A stretch of DNA of 59,597 nt, from the IMG/VR virus record IMGVR_UViG_3300006108_000010, positions 62,001 to 121,597 of that record; one strand, given 5' to 3'. Below the pieces are notes generated by a model, which was not told where the DNA came from, did no database searches, and was given only the letters and a program-made list of their open reading frames with translations. The DNA comes from an uncultured virus (IMG/VR IMGVR_UViG_3300006108_000010) (lineage: Duplodnaviria > Heunggongvirae > Uroviricota > Caudoviricetes). This document shows positions 22,101-32,900 of this stretch, in pieces. Every line of letters begins with the position of its first letter. Position 1 is the stretch's first letter. The position numbers and the translations under genes are program-made.

Positions 22101-22682
22101 TACATAATTAAAAACACTAGAATTATTAGCTGATTGATTATTAAATGTACTGTAAACAGAACTCCAATTACCACTTAAAGATTTAGTAGTATTATAAACT
22201 GAAACATCATATCCAGATTGATTATTAAATGTACTATAAACAGAACTCCAATTTGAACTTAAAGTATTTGTAGTATTATAAACTGATGTGTTATATGCAG
22301 ATTGGTTATTAAATGCACTATAAACAGAGTTCCAGTTGCCACTTAAAGCACAAACGGTAGCAAAAACAGAATTCCAATTACCAGATGTTGCGGTAACAGA
22401 ATTGAATACAGAATTCCAGTTCCCAGAAGTCGCAAAAACCGAATTAAATACGGAATTCCAATTAGCAGATAATGACTCTATTGTTAGAAAACTTGAAGAA
22501 TTGCTCTGCACCCAACTGGCATAATCAAGCGTTTCAGTATAATAACCAATATCTGAAATGGCTGCTTTTTTAGTAATGCCACCTTGAACCAAGGCAAAAA
22601 TTTCATTTCCTGCTAAAGGAGAGTTTGCTTGATTTAAATCAACAATTAGTTTTACTCTATCTGAAGTAACATTATCAGCCAT
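19125..22682 (-). CDS. Long fibre protein built from 14-aa and 27-aa Ser/Asn/Trp repeats
   Basis: Arrays of SANNASVYSSVNSN-SANWNSISFLQSA; central VGIKTSTPNKTLTVLGDISAS fibre motif; C-terminal IGDG...HNLNTQDVITQVY...YRVVVIG small beta domain common in phage fibres. Confidence 0.75.
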   Translation of the reverse strand: MADNVTSDRVKLIVDLNQANSPLAGNEIFALVQGGITKKAAISDIGYYTETLDYASWVQSNSSSFLTIESLSANWNSVFNSVFATSGNWNSVFNSVTATSGNWNSVFATVCALSGNWNSVYSAFNNQSAYNTSVYNTTNTLSSNWSSVYSTFNNQSGYDVSVYNTTKSLSGNWSSVYSTFNNQSANNSSVFNYVNSNSANWNNINFFETQSANNLSVFSSVNSNSANWNNINFFESQSANNASVFSSVNSNSANWNNINFFETQSANNLSVFSSVNSNSANWNNINFFESQSANNASVFSSVNSNSANWNSISFLQTASANNASVYSSVNSNSANWNSISFLQSASANNASVYSNVNSNSSNWNNINFFESQSANNLSVFSYVNSNSANWNNINLFESQSANNASVFSSVNSNSANWNSISFLQSLSANDQSVYSSVSSNSANWNSISFLQALSANDKSVYSYVNSNSANWNSISFLQSASANNASVYSSVNSNSANWNSISFLQSASANNASVFSSVNSNSANWSSISFLQGLSANNQSVYSNVNSNSANWNNINFFEPQSANNLSVYSQVSLLSSGWSGGGSVATTVQTQSANNASVYSSVNSNSANWNTISVFQNQSANNASVFSTVKAQSSTITWVNNNSAYLVVNNFPAGQTQYLYGNITVYGSISAQGGISNQTNNVGTTSAFNVVNNNANVYAVNVQQASGSSLGIATFFDGYPALYVGKTTNADGSVYNGGVVGIKTSTPNKTLTVLGDISASNQIWATAFNGNLNGNAATVTNGVYTNGSYSYPSWITNIADSIITGNNRNSWDSAYSQVNNLSSNWNTGSGFQSQSANNASVYTNVNSNSANWSSISFLQGLSANDQSVYSSVNSNSANWNSISFLQGLSANDKSVYSNVNSNSAIWNSISFLQALSANDQSVYSSVNSNSANWSSISFLQSASANNASVFSNVNSNSANWSSVYTQVNSLSSGWNSAASSILSGVSGNWQSAYVTLCSLSANWSSISFLQSASANNASVYSNVNSNSANWNSISFLQSASANNASVFSNVNSNSANWNSISFLQSASANNASVFSNVNSNSANWNSISFLQSASANNASVYSKVNSVSATWGTTNKAVSTIGDGINTTYAFKHNLNTQDVITQVYNTSTFTVGIPTIVNTSTSTVTLTFNSPPSLNSYRVVVIG
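19345..22480 (-). repeat. Coding tandem repeat arrays (42-bp and 81-bp periods), interrupted at about 20230-20790
   Basis: 14 consecutive 27-aa units in the first array and further units near the C-terminus; DNA copies differ mostly at synonymous positions. Confidence 0.9.
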
Positions 22683-22696
22683 ATAGTATATTTACC

Positions 22697-25600
22697 TTAG
22701 TATCTATATGTTTCGGTTGGTATATAATAAACGTCTTGTGAATCCCCAGTACCAAGTTGACCATAGTTATTCATACCACACATGTAGACTCTTCCTTCTT
22801 GAGTTATAATTTGTAGGAAAAGTTGATTTGCATAACCTACAAGTGATACTGATTGAGCATTTTGCTTTGGTAATTTAATTTGAGTAGGCGTTGATAAGTA
22901 ATTTTCTTCAGAATCGCCACCTAAACCACCCCAACCGCTGTACCCGCAAGTGAATACTCTTCCGTCAGTTGTTGCCATAGCCCATGCACCATCAGCTATT
23001 GCAATATCTTTTATTAAACCTGCCGACCATGACCAGTTTGGTACACTTGCAAAACCAGTTCTTGAGGTTTGATATACCGGAGAATGAACCGTTGTTGGTA
23101 TGCTATGAGCACTGCCGTCAGTTGAGCCGATACCTAATTGACCCCAATCGTTTCTGCCCCAACTCCATAAGTTACCATATGAATCATATGCAAGGCAGAA
23201 AGCATAATCGCCTATTCTATTAAATGTCCAGAAATTAACTATATTACTGAGAGACGTAATTTTGGTTGCATAATTTCTATTTGTTGTATCAGCATGACCA
23301 CTAGTTCCTAATCCCAGTGCACCTATACCGTTATATCCAGTTGACCATAATGTACCATCGTTGCAAAGGAAATATGTTGCACCCGTTCCTGATACACCAC
23401 CTGTGCTACCATAAACTTTTTTAACGTTGCCAATTGGTGTTCCAACTCCACTTAAAACAGATCCAAATGTATAGAAATTAGTACCAGCACCTCTTCCGAG
23501 TTCTCCGTAGTTATTCCAACCACAGGATTGAACAGTTCCATCATTGAATAATACGAAAGAACTATTTGTATTACTTGAATCAGCAGTATTTAAAATCTGC
23601 TTTATTCCGCTAGTATTACTGAGAGTTATGTTTGTTGGCGTTGAATGTGCCGAACCATCAGCAGTTCCAATGCCTAATGAACCATAGCTGTTATTGCCCC
23701 ATGTCCATAGTTTTCCATCTGCTGTAACTGCTAAACATGTTATATAAGAAGCTTGATCTACTGATTTATTTACTGAGAATTTAACAACTGCTCTTTGTTG
23801 ATTGGTGCTTCCATCCGAACCACCAAAATAAATCTTATTCATTATGGTCTCATTTTCGGTTCCGCCGTTGCCTAAGTTTCCATAGTTGTTTATACCACTC
23901 GCCCAAAGAACACCATTTGCATCCAATATGTATAATGATAATCCAGCTTGCCAGAATTCTACTGGTCTAGCAACTGGTGTTGCGGCATCAGTGGGAGTAA
24001 TTGTAACTGGATTTACAATTGATAAATCGGCATAATATCCTGTTGGAATTGATCCATAATATGAACGACCTGATGAAAACAATCTTCCATCCCAGAACAT
24101 TACTGTAGATGCTTGTCCACCTCTTCCTTTTGAATTTGGTAAAGCAGAATAATCAGAAAATGCATAAGCTGTAGCACCTGCACCGTTTCCACCAGTAATT
24201 GTTACATTAGGATGCTGAAGATAACCTTGACCTGCATTTGTTATGGTAATACCAATAACGTGACCGAAGGCATCTATATTTGCAACTGCTGTTGCTTGTA
24301 TATTAACTTTACCATTCGTATTAGTGTCAGTTGGTGGGTCAATAGTTACAGTTGGCGCAACTGTATATCCTACACCTGTACTTCCTACAACTATATTTCT
24401 AACTTGACCATTAATAACTGCTCTACTTAAACTTGTTAAATCACCCAATACATTTAAACTCTTACCAATGATAATATTTTGTGTGTATAAATCACCAGTT
24501 GAACTCAAGTTATTAACATAGGTAAAGTTACTGGATAGTGCAGTAATATTAGAACCCAAAATAAACGTATTTGGTAAATTATTTGTATTGTTAGAAACTC
24601 CGCCAGCAATAAAACTATAATTACCGGATGCAGTATTTTGCTGACCTCCTGTTATAACCGATCTATTTCCAGAAACGCAATTTAAACATCCTCCTGTTAT
24701 ATTAGAGTCATAACCTGTTATGCAGTTTTGTTCGCCACCTGAAATATTAGAAAATGAACCACTTGAACTTATGGAATTTAAACATCCGCCAGATATATTA
24801 GATCCATATGCACCCGCACAATTTGAACCACCACCATTTACATTTGAAAAACTATTACTAGCCGTATTGCAACAACCACCACTTATATGTGTATAATTTG
24901 CAGAAGCAGTATTGCGAACACCACCCGTTATTGATGAATTTGTGCCGCCTGATGAAATTGTATTATTTTTCCCACCAAAAATAGATGAGAAGTTTGCACA
25001 CGCACAATTTGAGCCGTAAACATATTGTAACGATGAAAGACTTGTACCCGTTGTAAAGAAACTGCCTGATGCTAAAACGCCAGTTAAGTTTGAACCGTTA
25101 CCAATATAATTTCCATACACATAACCTTGTGAACTTAAATTATTTACATATGTAAAATGTGATCTTGTTGCTGTTATCGCAGTACCTAAAACATAGGTAT
25201 TTGTCTGGTTATTAGTGTTGTTTGCTGATCCACCTGCAATAAATGAATAATTTCCAGATGCTGTATTGCAATTACCAGCAACAACTGTTGTTTGGCATCC
25301 GCTAGCCGTGTTGCATTGACCAATAACAACACTTGAATGATTTCCACTTGCAACGTTGCAGAATCCACCCAATATATTTGAACAGGTTCCGCTTGATGTA
25401 TTATTATTACCACCTAAAATATTGGCATGATAACCAGAAGCTGTATTAAGATAACCACCTAAAATATTAGCATGTGTACAAATTGCACAAGAAGAAAACC
25501 CAGCAACAACAGATGAAAATCCTACCGTTGCTTTGTTGCAATATCCAGCAGAAACGTTTGAGCAATCACCAGTTGCACAGTTACAATAACCACCGCCAAC

Positions 25601-26890
25601 AATTGTATATTTTCCGGTTGCTTGATTGCAATAACCGTTGACAACAACACTATAGCAACCAGAAGATGTATTACATGCGCCACCTAACACACTTGAATAA
25701 TTTGCGGTTGATGAATTGTTGCATCCGCCTACAACAGCAGCATATTTTCCAGAACCGATTGAGTTATTATAACCTACAATTAAAGTACAACTTGCACTTA
25801 TTGCTCCGTTAACTGTGAAGTTTGTTGTGGGGAATGCAGTATTAACACCAACCCAACCATTTTGATTAACAGAAAGTGCCGTTAATGGCTGAATGTTACC
25901 TTGAATATTTTGAATATAAAAAGTATCACTCTGTTTATCATAAATCATTTTAACTCCTGATTGAGGAGAAGTATTTGAAAGATTATATTCACCTATGAAT
26001 ATAGATGGATTTCTTCCATCGGGATGCATTTCAGATGTTAAATCTATAGAATTACAAGATAAAATCGGAACGAATACATTACCACTAGCACTTATCGACC
26101 CCTGAACAGCAAGATGCCAATTTGGAGTGGTTGTTCCACCGATACCAACGTATCCTCCTGTTGCTAAACCGTCAACATAGAAAGCAGTTAATGGTTGATT
26201 CGTGATTGGATTAGTAACCTGAGAAACTATTACTGGTTGAAATCCATCTTGGCGAGTAAAAAGCGTAGTTCTGGTTCCGTAGTTTATTAAATCTAAACCG
26301 TTACTTGATAATTGTAATGTGGTGTGATCAACAATTGTTCCAGAAAGATTTAAATTTTTTGTTAACCATAAATTTCCGTCTATCCAAGCATCACCTTTAA
26401 CTTGTAAAGGGTAATTAGGAGAGGTGTTATTGATACCAACATTACCGCCTTTAAAAATAGCAGCTGCGCCATTTAAAGGTGCTTGAATTTGTAAACCACC
26501 ACCTCCAGAAACCAGACCACTAATGGTTTGGCTTCCTTGTATTGTAGAATTTCCACTTAAACTGAGATTACCAGAAGCAGTAATATTATTTGCTATTATA
26601 TTATTAACAGTTAAGTTACCGTTTGTATATTGATTACCAGTTGCGCTAACATTACCTATAACAGTTAATTGCTGATTTGGGTTAGCAGTACCAATACCAA
26701 CATTTCCTCCAATAAATGCAGCTGCATAAGCACTTGTCGATGGAACAATTGCACTTAAACCACCTTGCAATACAAAATCACCATAAAATGGTGCTGTGAA
26801 ACTAGCTATAGGATCATGAGATGAATCAGGATTAGTTGCGTGAGCATATGTATGGTGATTTTGTCTATGATATTTGGAATTGGGTCTCAT
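22697..26890 (-). CDS. Fibre-like protein with GGxxN solenoid and C-terminal RCC1/BLIP-II-like propeller
   Basis: GNVGIGTANPNQQLTVIGNVSA fibre motifs; Cys-rich GG repeats; C-terminal repeats LW(A/T/S)xG-x-N-x-YG-x-LG-x-G (RCC1-like). Confidence 0.75.
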   Translation of the reverse strand: MRPNSKYHRQNHHTYAHATNPDSSHDPIASFTAPFYGDFVLQGGLSAIVPSTSAYAAAFIGGNVGIGTANPNQQLTVIGNVSATGNQYTNGNLTVNNIIANNITASGNLSLSGNSTIQGSQTISGLVSGGGGLQIQAPLNGAAAIFKGGNVGINNTSPNYPLQVKGDAWIDGNLWLTKNLNLSGTIVDHTTLQLSSNGLDLINYGTRTTLFTRQDGFQPVIVSQVTNPITNQPLTAFYVDGLATGGYVGIGGTTTPNWHLAVQGSISASGNVFVPILSCNSIDLTSEMHPDGRNPSIFIGEYNLSNTSPQSGVKMIYDKQSDTFYIQNIQGNIQPLTALSVNQNGWVGVNTAFPTTNFTVNGAISASCTLIVGYNNSIGSGKYAAVVGGCNNSSTANYSSVLGGACNTSSGCYSVVVNGYCNQATGKYTIVGGGYCNCATGDCSNVSAGYCNKATVGFSSVVAGFSSCAICTHANILGGYLNTASGYHANILGGNNNTSSGTCSNILGGFCNVASGNHSSVVIGQCNTASGCQTTVVAGNCNTASGNYSFIAGGSANNTNNQTNTYVLGTAITATRSHFTYVNNLSSQGYVYGNYIGNGSNLTGVLASGSFFTTGTSLSSLQYVYGSNCACANFSSIFGGKNNTISSGGTNSSITGGVRNTASANYTHISGGCCNTASNSFSNVNGGGSNCAGAYGSNISGGCLNSISSSGSFSNISGGEQNCITGYDSNITGGCLNCVSGNRSVITGGQQNTASGNYSFIAGGVSNNTNNLPNTFILGSNITALSSNFTYVNNLSSTGDLYTQNIIIGKSLNVLGDLTSLSRAVINGQVRNIVVGSTGVGYTVAPTVTIDPPTDTNTNGKVNIQATAVANIDAFGHVIGITITNAGQGYLQHPNVTITGGNGAGATAYAFSDYSALPNSKGRGGQASTVMFWDGRLFSSGRSYYGSIPTGYYADLSIVNPVTITPTDAATPVARPVEFWQAGLSLYILDANGVLWASGINNYGNLGNGGTENETIMNKIYFGGSDGSTNQQRAVVKFSVNKSVDQASYITCLAVTADGKLWTWGNNSYGSLGIGTADGSAHSTPTNITLSNTSGIKQILNTADSSNTNSSFVLFNDGTVQSCGWNNYGELGRGAGTNFYTFGSVLSGVGTPIGNVKKVYGSTGGVSGTGATYFLCNDGTLWSTGYNGIGALGLGTSGHADTTNRNYATKITSLSNIVNFWTFNRIGDYAFCLAYDSYGNLWSWGRNDWGQLGIGSTDGSAHSIPTTVHSPVYQTSRTGFASVPNWSWSAGLIKDIAIADGAWAMATTDGRVFTCGYSGWGGLGGDSEENYLSTPTQIKLPKQNAQSVSLVGYANQLFLQIITQEGRVYMCGMNNYGQLGTGDSQDVYYIPTETYRY

Positions 26891-26909
26891 TGCTTATTAA
26901 TAATTATCC

Positions 26910-29900
26910 TTAAATTGCTGTAATAGGAGGGTAAAAAACATTAGAACAACAATCAGATGTTGCATCACCCCACGTATTAGTTAATTGTTGAGTTGAAGAG
27001 AAGGAATATGAACTTGGAAAGTTGCTTTGAAGCTCTGCATATGTTATTGGATTAACATTACATATACGAATAACAGGTAGCGTTAAATTGTAGCAAGACA
27101 TAGCTTGCCAAGACCAACAGAATGGATTACTGCAACCTGTATTAACACCTGATAAGTTTCTGCTATCAGTAACCGATAGATATCCAGCCAAATATGTCAG
27201 TGCATCATATATTTTAGATATTTCTTTATTGAATACTTGTGGAATATTAAATTCATTTACTCCAACCTGAACATTTTCATTTTCAATATCAGCTGAAAAT
27301 ACTGGTCTGCTTGAAACTAAAATAGGAGTTTTAGCAAGATATGTAACCTGTCCATAAGGAGTTGATTCAATTGCAGTAATAAATTTAGAATCCATTGTAT
27401 TTCTAAACGTTTTAATATTTTGAACCAATCTTGTAAATGCTCTATTATAAACATTGTCAGCGGTAAATTCATCTCTTGAAATTAAAATCTGATCTTCAGT
27501 CCAATATTGGAAAGGTAACCCTTCACCAACTTTATATAAAGTTACTAAATCCTGAACTTTTAAAATACTATTATTTGTTGAGAATAATAATGTTTCATTT
27601 GATGAATTTTTTGCAGATGTAAAATTATTTAATAACGTAACGTTTGGAATTTTGTCCACATACCCAATGAATAATCCTGTTAAAGTAAATTTAATTATCT
27701 CATTACTATAAACTATATACATGAAATTTCCATTAGGATCAAATACTAATTTGATTGGTATTCTTGTTTCCGATTGATTTGTTATTGGATCAAGAATCTG
27801 AAATTCTGTAATTAATCCACCAGTTTCTTCAAATACATAAATCTTATTACTCTTAGTTAAGATATATGGGAATAATGTTGTAGGATGAATTGAAAAACAT
27901 TCTGGATTGTTATTGTATATAGGTGTTGTTATTGTACCTATACTTTGATCGAAATCATCAACATGATACGTGTAAACCCAATTTAAATCTTTAGTATATT
28001 GTTTTACACAATGATTATTGTAATCTAAAACATATACATTATTATTTAAATATTTTATTTCTGTAGGTGAATTGAATTTATTAGGATCAGATAATCCACC
28101 ATAATTGCCAACTGCCAATTGAATATTAATTTCATTTATATAATCAAAACTTAAATTTAATTTGTAAATTTTATTATAGTACTGATCTAAAATATATAAA
28201 TTCTGATTTATTTGATCATAATCCATTGAAATAGGATTTTTAAACAATTGATAAACTTGATTTATATTATCAAATAATATTTCAGTACTATATGCACCAT
28301 TTGTAAACGTTCTTAAATTAATACCATCTAAAACAAAAGTGTAGTTATCAGTATGGATAAAATCTACGATATTTGTAAAGGATTTTGAAAATGCATTCGA
28401 TGCTGAAGTTGCATACTGTGGATTTATATAATCACCTGCACCCGCTAAAAAGTCTTGAGTGTGCCATTGAATACCTCTACCTATGTAATTTTTACTCGTG
28501 CCAAACCATCCATAAAATAAAGTAGGAGAATCAGTATTAATAGTTTGTGTGTTATGTATTAAATACTGTAAATTATCGTATAAACGACTCATTGTAGTAT
28601 TGAATATGTCTGCATCAGCATATTCATTTGGTTGTATACTACATTGCTCAAAAGTCCAAGGAAGTGTTAAAACCTGCTCGGATAATAATCTAATTTGCGA
28701 TTGATCATAGGTGGGCCATACATCATAAACTTTAATATCATGTGTATTTGGTAATTGGAAGCTTAATGATGTTCCATTATTATAATTTACTTGATAGGAT
28801 ATGTTGTATGTACCATTTGATTGATAAGAATGATATGTAGTATCATTAACCAAATGATAAGCTGATAATCCATCACCAAAATATATATTATAAGATACAA
28901 TTGATATATTAGCTTCTGGTGTATTTTGTAAATAAGGAGTTTTAAATTGGATAAAAATATTTTCACCTGTTAATGCATAGTAAGATGAAATATAAATTTC
29001 TGGTTTTACCGCTGTTGTATAAGCAACTATCGTCTCAGATGCAGTTGATGTGTTTTGTACAATAATATCCCAAGAATCATTTATGAGATTGGAACCCGCA
29101 ACTGAATTATAAGTTGTTGGCGGAATATAAGCTGAAACTTTTGCCGTGGCATTTAAATATAATAAACTTTGTTCATTTGCTTCAACTGTTAATGGTTTAG
29201 ATTTATCACCAACATTTAAAATAAAAAGATCATATAATCCATTTACCATTGGCACATTAACATAACTGACCCAACCACCTGATAATGATGATAATGAATA
29301 TGTTACGTATGAATTAGCATTTTGATAAGCTCTTATAGGCGTATTTGCTGTATTTAAAGGTGTTAAAGTTTGTAAAACACCAACAAATACATTATTATCG
29401 AGATCAATTGATGTTACTGGGGTAAACTGCAATCCTAATTGTGTTACTGAATTATAATCGAATACAACAGCTGTATTAACAGTTGAAAACTGTAATTGTA
29501 TTGTGTCGTATGGTATTATTTTAGGTGATTGGTTGAAAGCAGACAACCCATTGCTTGAATATGTTAAATTGCTATCAGAAAATATCGTATTACTTGCAAT
29601 TGGATAAGTTCCTGCATAAATTCCGGTCATAGAATTAACCGAAGTTAAACCAATATAACTTAAAGAATTTATTGACGATTTAGGAAAAAAGCCATTAAAT
29701 GATGTTAGATAAACTGTCATTCCTTTTGTCGAGGATAAGTCATTTACATATGGCAAATTGATTAATTGATTGTTTGCTGTAAGCGGTGGTAAAGATACTA
29801 ATGGTGTATTTTTTTGTCTATTTGCCACATACCCATATTGATTTATTCCAATATTATTTGCTGATACATAAAATTTCTGCGAACCTGAACTATTATGAGC

Positions 29901-32900
29901 ATATGCAGTTGGTGCTTGCGAAATAGTAAAATTACTATTATCAATAACAGTAAGATAACCACTGTTACCTTGCTGCCAAGTATATGGTGGATATATTATA
30001 AAGTTTGCTGGTGTGTAGAATTGAGAACTTGGTATGGTGTATATGGTTTGAGTGGCAACCAAGTTATGAGGAACATACCACCCTACTATTGTTGCACTGA
30101 GTGCACACAGTGATACATAAGTTGCTGATATATTTGGAGAATATAATAAATGATTTATTGATGATATACTCTTATAATTTGAGGAACTTAATGTATAATT
30201 TAAACCTAAATTATTTGTTATATTCCATGCATATACAGATGCATTTAAAGTTGGAACTATATCTCCGACATAAAATGAAAAACTATTATAATCAGTGTTT
30301 GGTCTGGTTAAAACTTTATTTGAAGATACATTTGCAATAAATGGAGAATTTGGACAATTATAAGCAGTTCTAAAATATGTATTAAATATACTTTGATCGG
30401 GATAATCATCTAAAACTACCGTTTTGCTACCCGATGCAATTGGATTCGATGCATGCGCATTAACAATTATATTATGTTTATTATAAGAATTTAAAGATGA
30501 ACTTAAAGAAACATTTAAAGTTATACTGTTTATATAATCAGAAATATCATTTTTTGCATAATTATAAACCGAACCGTTTAAAGGTCCGTTGTTATAATAT
30601 GCAGTAATTGGTATATTAGTTGTTTTATTATCATAACTCCATGTCCAATACATTGGAACTCCGGTTGGAAAATTGTAGTCATGATTGTTAATGGGTGCTT
30701 TTGCTGTTAAAATAAAGGAAATAGTTTTTCCAATAATTTGACTATTTTGTACACCTATATCAATAATGCCTTCATAAAGATAATTAAATAATCTTGGATT
30801 TGTATTAACTATTGCTACTTCTTTATACTTCTGCGAAGATAAACTAACAGTCACCGTATTAGGACCATATCCCGAAACGGAAATTGTCCAAGAATTAGGG
30901 TTAAATGGTATCGGTTGATTTAAAGGAAATGATGATAAAAAGTTTCCATTACTATCAACTGACTGCAAGGTTATAATAGAATTTGGATCTATATTGTTAG
31001 AGCTAACATTCCAGCTTATTAGAGAAGGACCACCTAAAGCAGAATTAGTGTCACTAATTGTTAAAAGATTTCTTGATGGATATTGTGGATAAGAAGTTAG
31101 ATAAGAAGAATCAATTACTATATTATCAGCTTGTTCGTTTAATATTTGCAAGGTTATTGGATAACCTTGCATTCCTTTATAAACATTGTTATAACCAGAT
31201 GCAAAATGTACGAGAGTTGCATTACTAGATTGTGTTACATGATAAAATTGAGAACTACTTAAAGATGTTCTAAACGTGGCATTAAACGGACCGTATGCTG
31301 ATAGTGGATAAACTAATAAAAATTGTGATGCTTGTTGCACCGGAACATAAGGCGAATTCACTAAATCATATAATTGATCGAGGTTGGGTCCGTAATAACA
31401 AAATAGTTCTGTTAAATAAATAGGTTGATTTGGAGAGAAATCAGCTAATTGCAATGATATAAAATCATTTGGTGCATAGGTTGGTAAATTCGCTTGTAAT
31501 AAATTAAAATCACTGGTTAAATAAGATGAAAGATAGATATATTCTGTCTGATTAATTGGATTAATCGCACTCGTTATAACTCTATTAGTAACACCAGTTG
31601 AAAGATTAAATCTTAAACTGTATGTATCACTTGGTGATTGGAAAGTGTTATTAACAAAAGATGTTTTGAATGAATAATAATGCGGTGGATATGGAATAGT
31701 CCAAACCATCGTATCAAACGGAGTAGTTCCATCACTTATCGGTGTATTTAAAGGAATAATACCAGAATTACTTGTTATAGTAGTTGTTGCCTGTACACTT
31801 GAATTTGGTAATAATAAACTATTAAAATAATAAGGTGATTCGGCAATATATTTTACTTTAAAGTTTTGATTTGCTGAAGTATAATCTGGTTTACAATATG
31901 GTATTCTTTGCCCATACTGATCAAGATAAGTTAAATTTTTATAAGCGAGTGCAGTAGGTGGTAAACATGACAAAGTTACATACAAAATACAATTGCTAAC
32001 ATCTGATAATGCTATGTTTGGATTTAATGTACTTTGCGTTAATTGTAAAGTTTGATAATTTATAGAATTTAAATTAAAGTTATTAATAAAAGATGATCTA
32101 AAATCAAACCAAGTATCTTGGTGCTCTTCTGCAAAAAGTTGTCCAAGTGGTATACCGTTTAAATATAATGCTGATTTTGCAGGATTATTTGAATAATAAT
32201 TTGCCCAATAATCACTATAAGTTGATATATTATATTTTATATTAATTGATTCGGGGCAAATATATGTATTATTGTCTTCTAATTGGGTTGTAAATGTTAT
32301 CGGATTATAATTAGGTGTATACGTAAAAAGGGTATTTATTACGTATTTTGTAGCCGATAAACTGTAAACTAAATTAATTGGGATGGAATTTCCTCTTATT
32401 GTACTAAAGCTTGGTTGAGTTGTTTTATAATTTACATGTTTTAAATATGAATCGTGCTCAACCGCATTACCAGACAAAAATATGACATTTGGTGATAATA
32501 AAACTGTCGATGTCATTAAATTATACGTTCCATTATTGTTAGCCGAAAGAGCAATCGGTTTTAAAAACAATCTTTGTGGATACATTAAATAGCCAGTATC
32601 AGAAAGATAGTTAATCGAATTATTCTCAGGTACAGTTTTGTCTCCTAAATCTTGAGTATTGATAGATAAAATAAAATTATTAAGAAGTGGTGCTAAATTT
32701 TTATTTCTTAATGATGATGGTTCCCAAGTAAAGGTGCTATTGTTTGTTTTTGAAATTAAACGATACGTATCAGAAGCTGAATCACGAAATGATTGTGAAT
32801 TTCCATAGTTATAATCGACCTGTCCATATACATCAATTATATTGTTTATATCATTTATAGGATTATCAACAAATCTAAAAAGATTTAAGTACTTCATAGC

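Noticed and set aside
19345..22480. CRISPR array
   Set aside because: The repeats are in-frame coding units that vary at silent sites and have no unique spacers.
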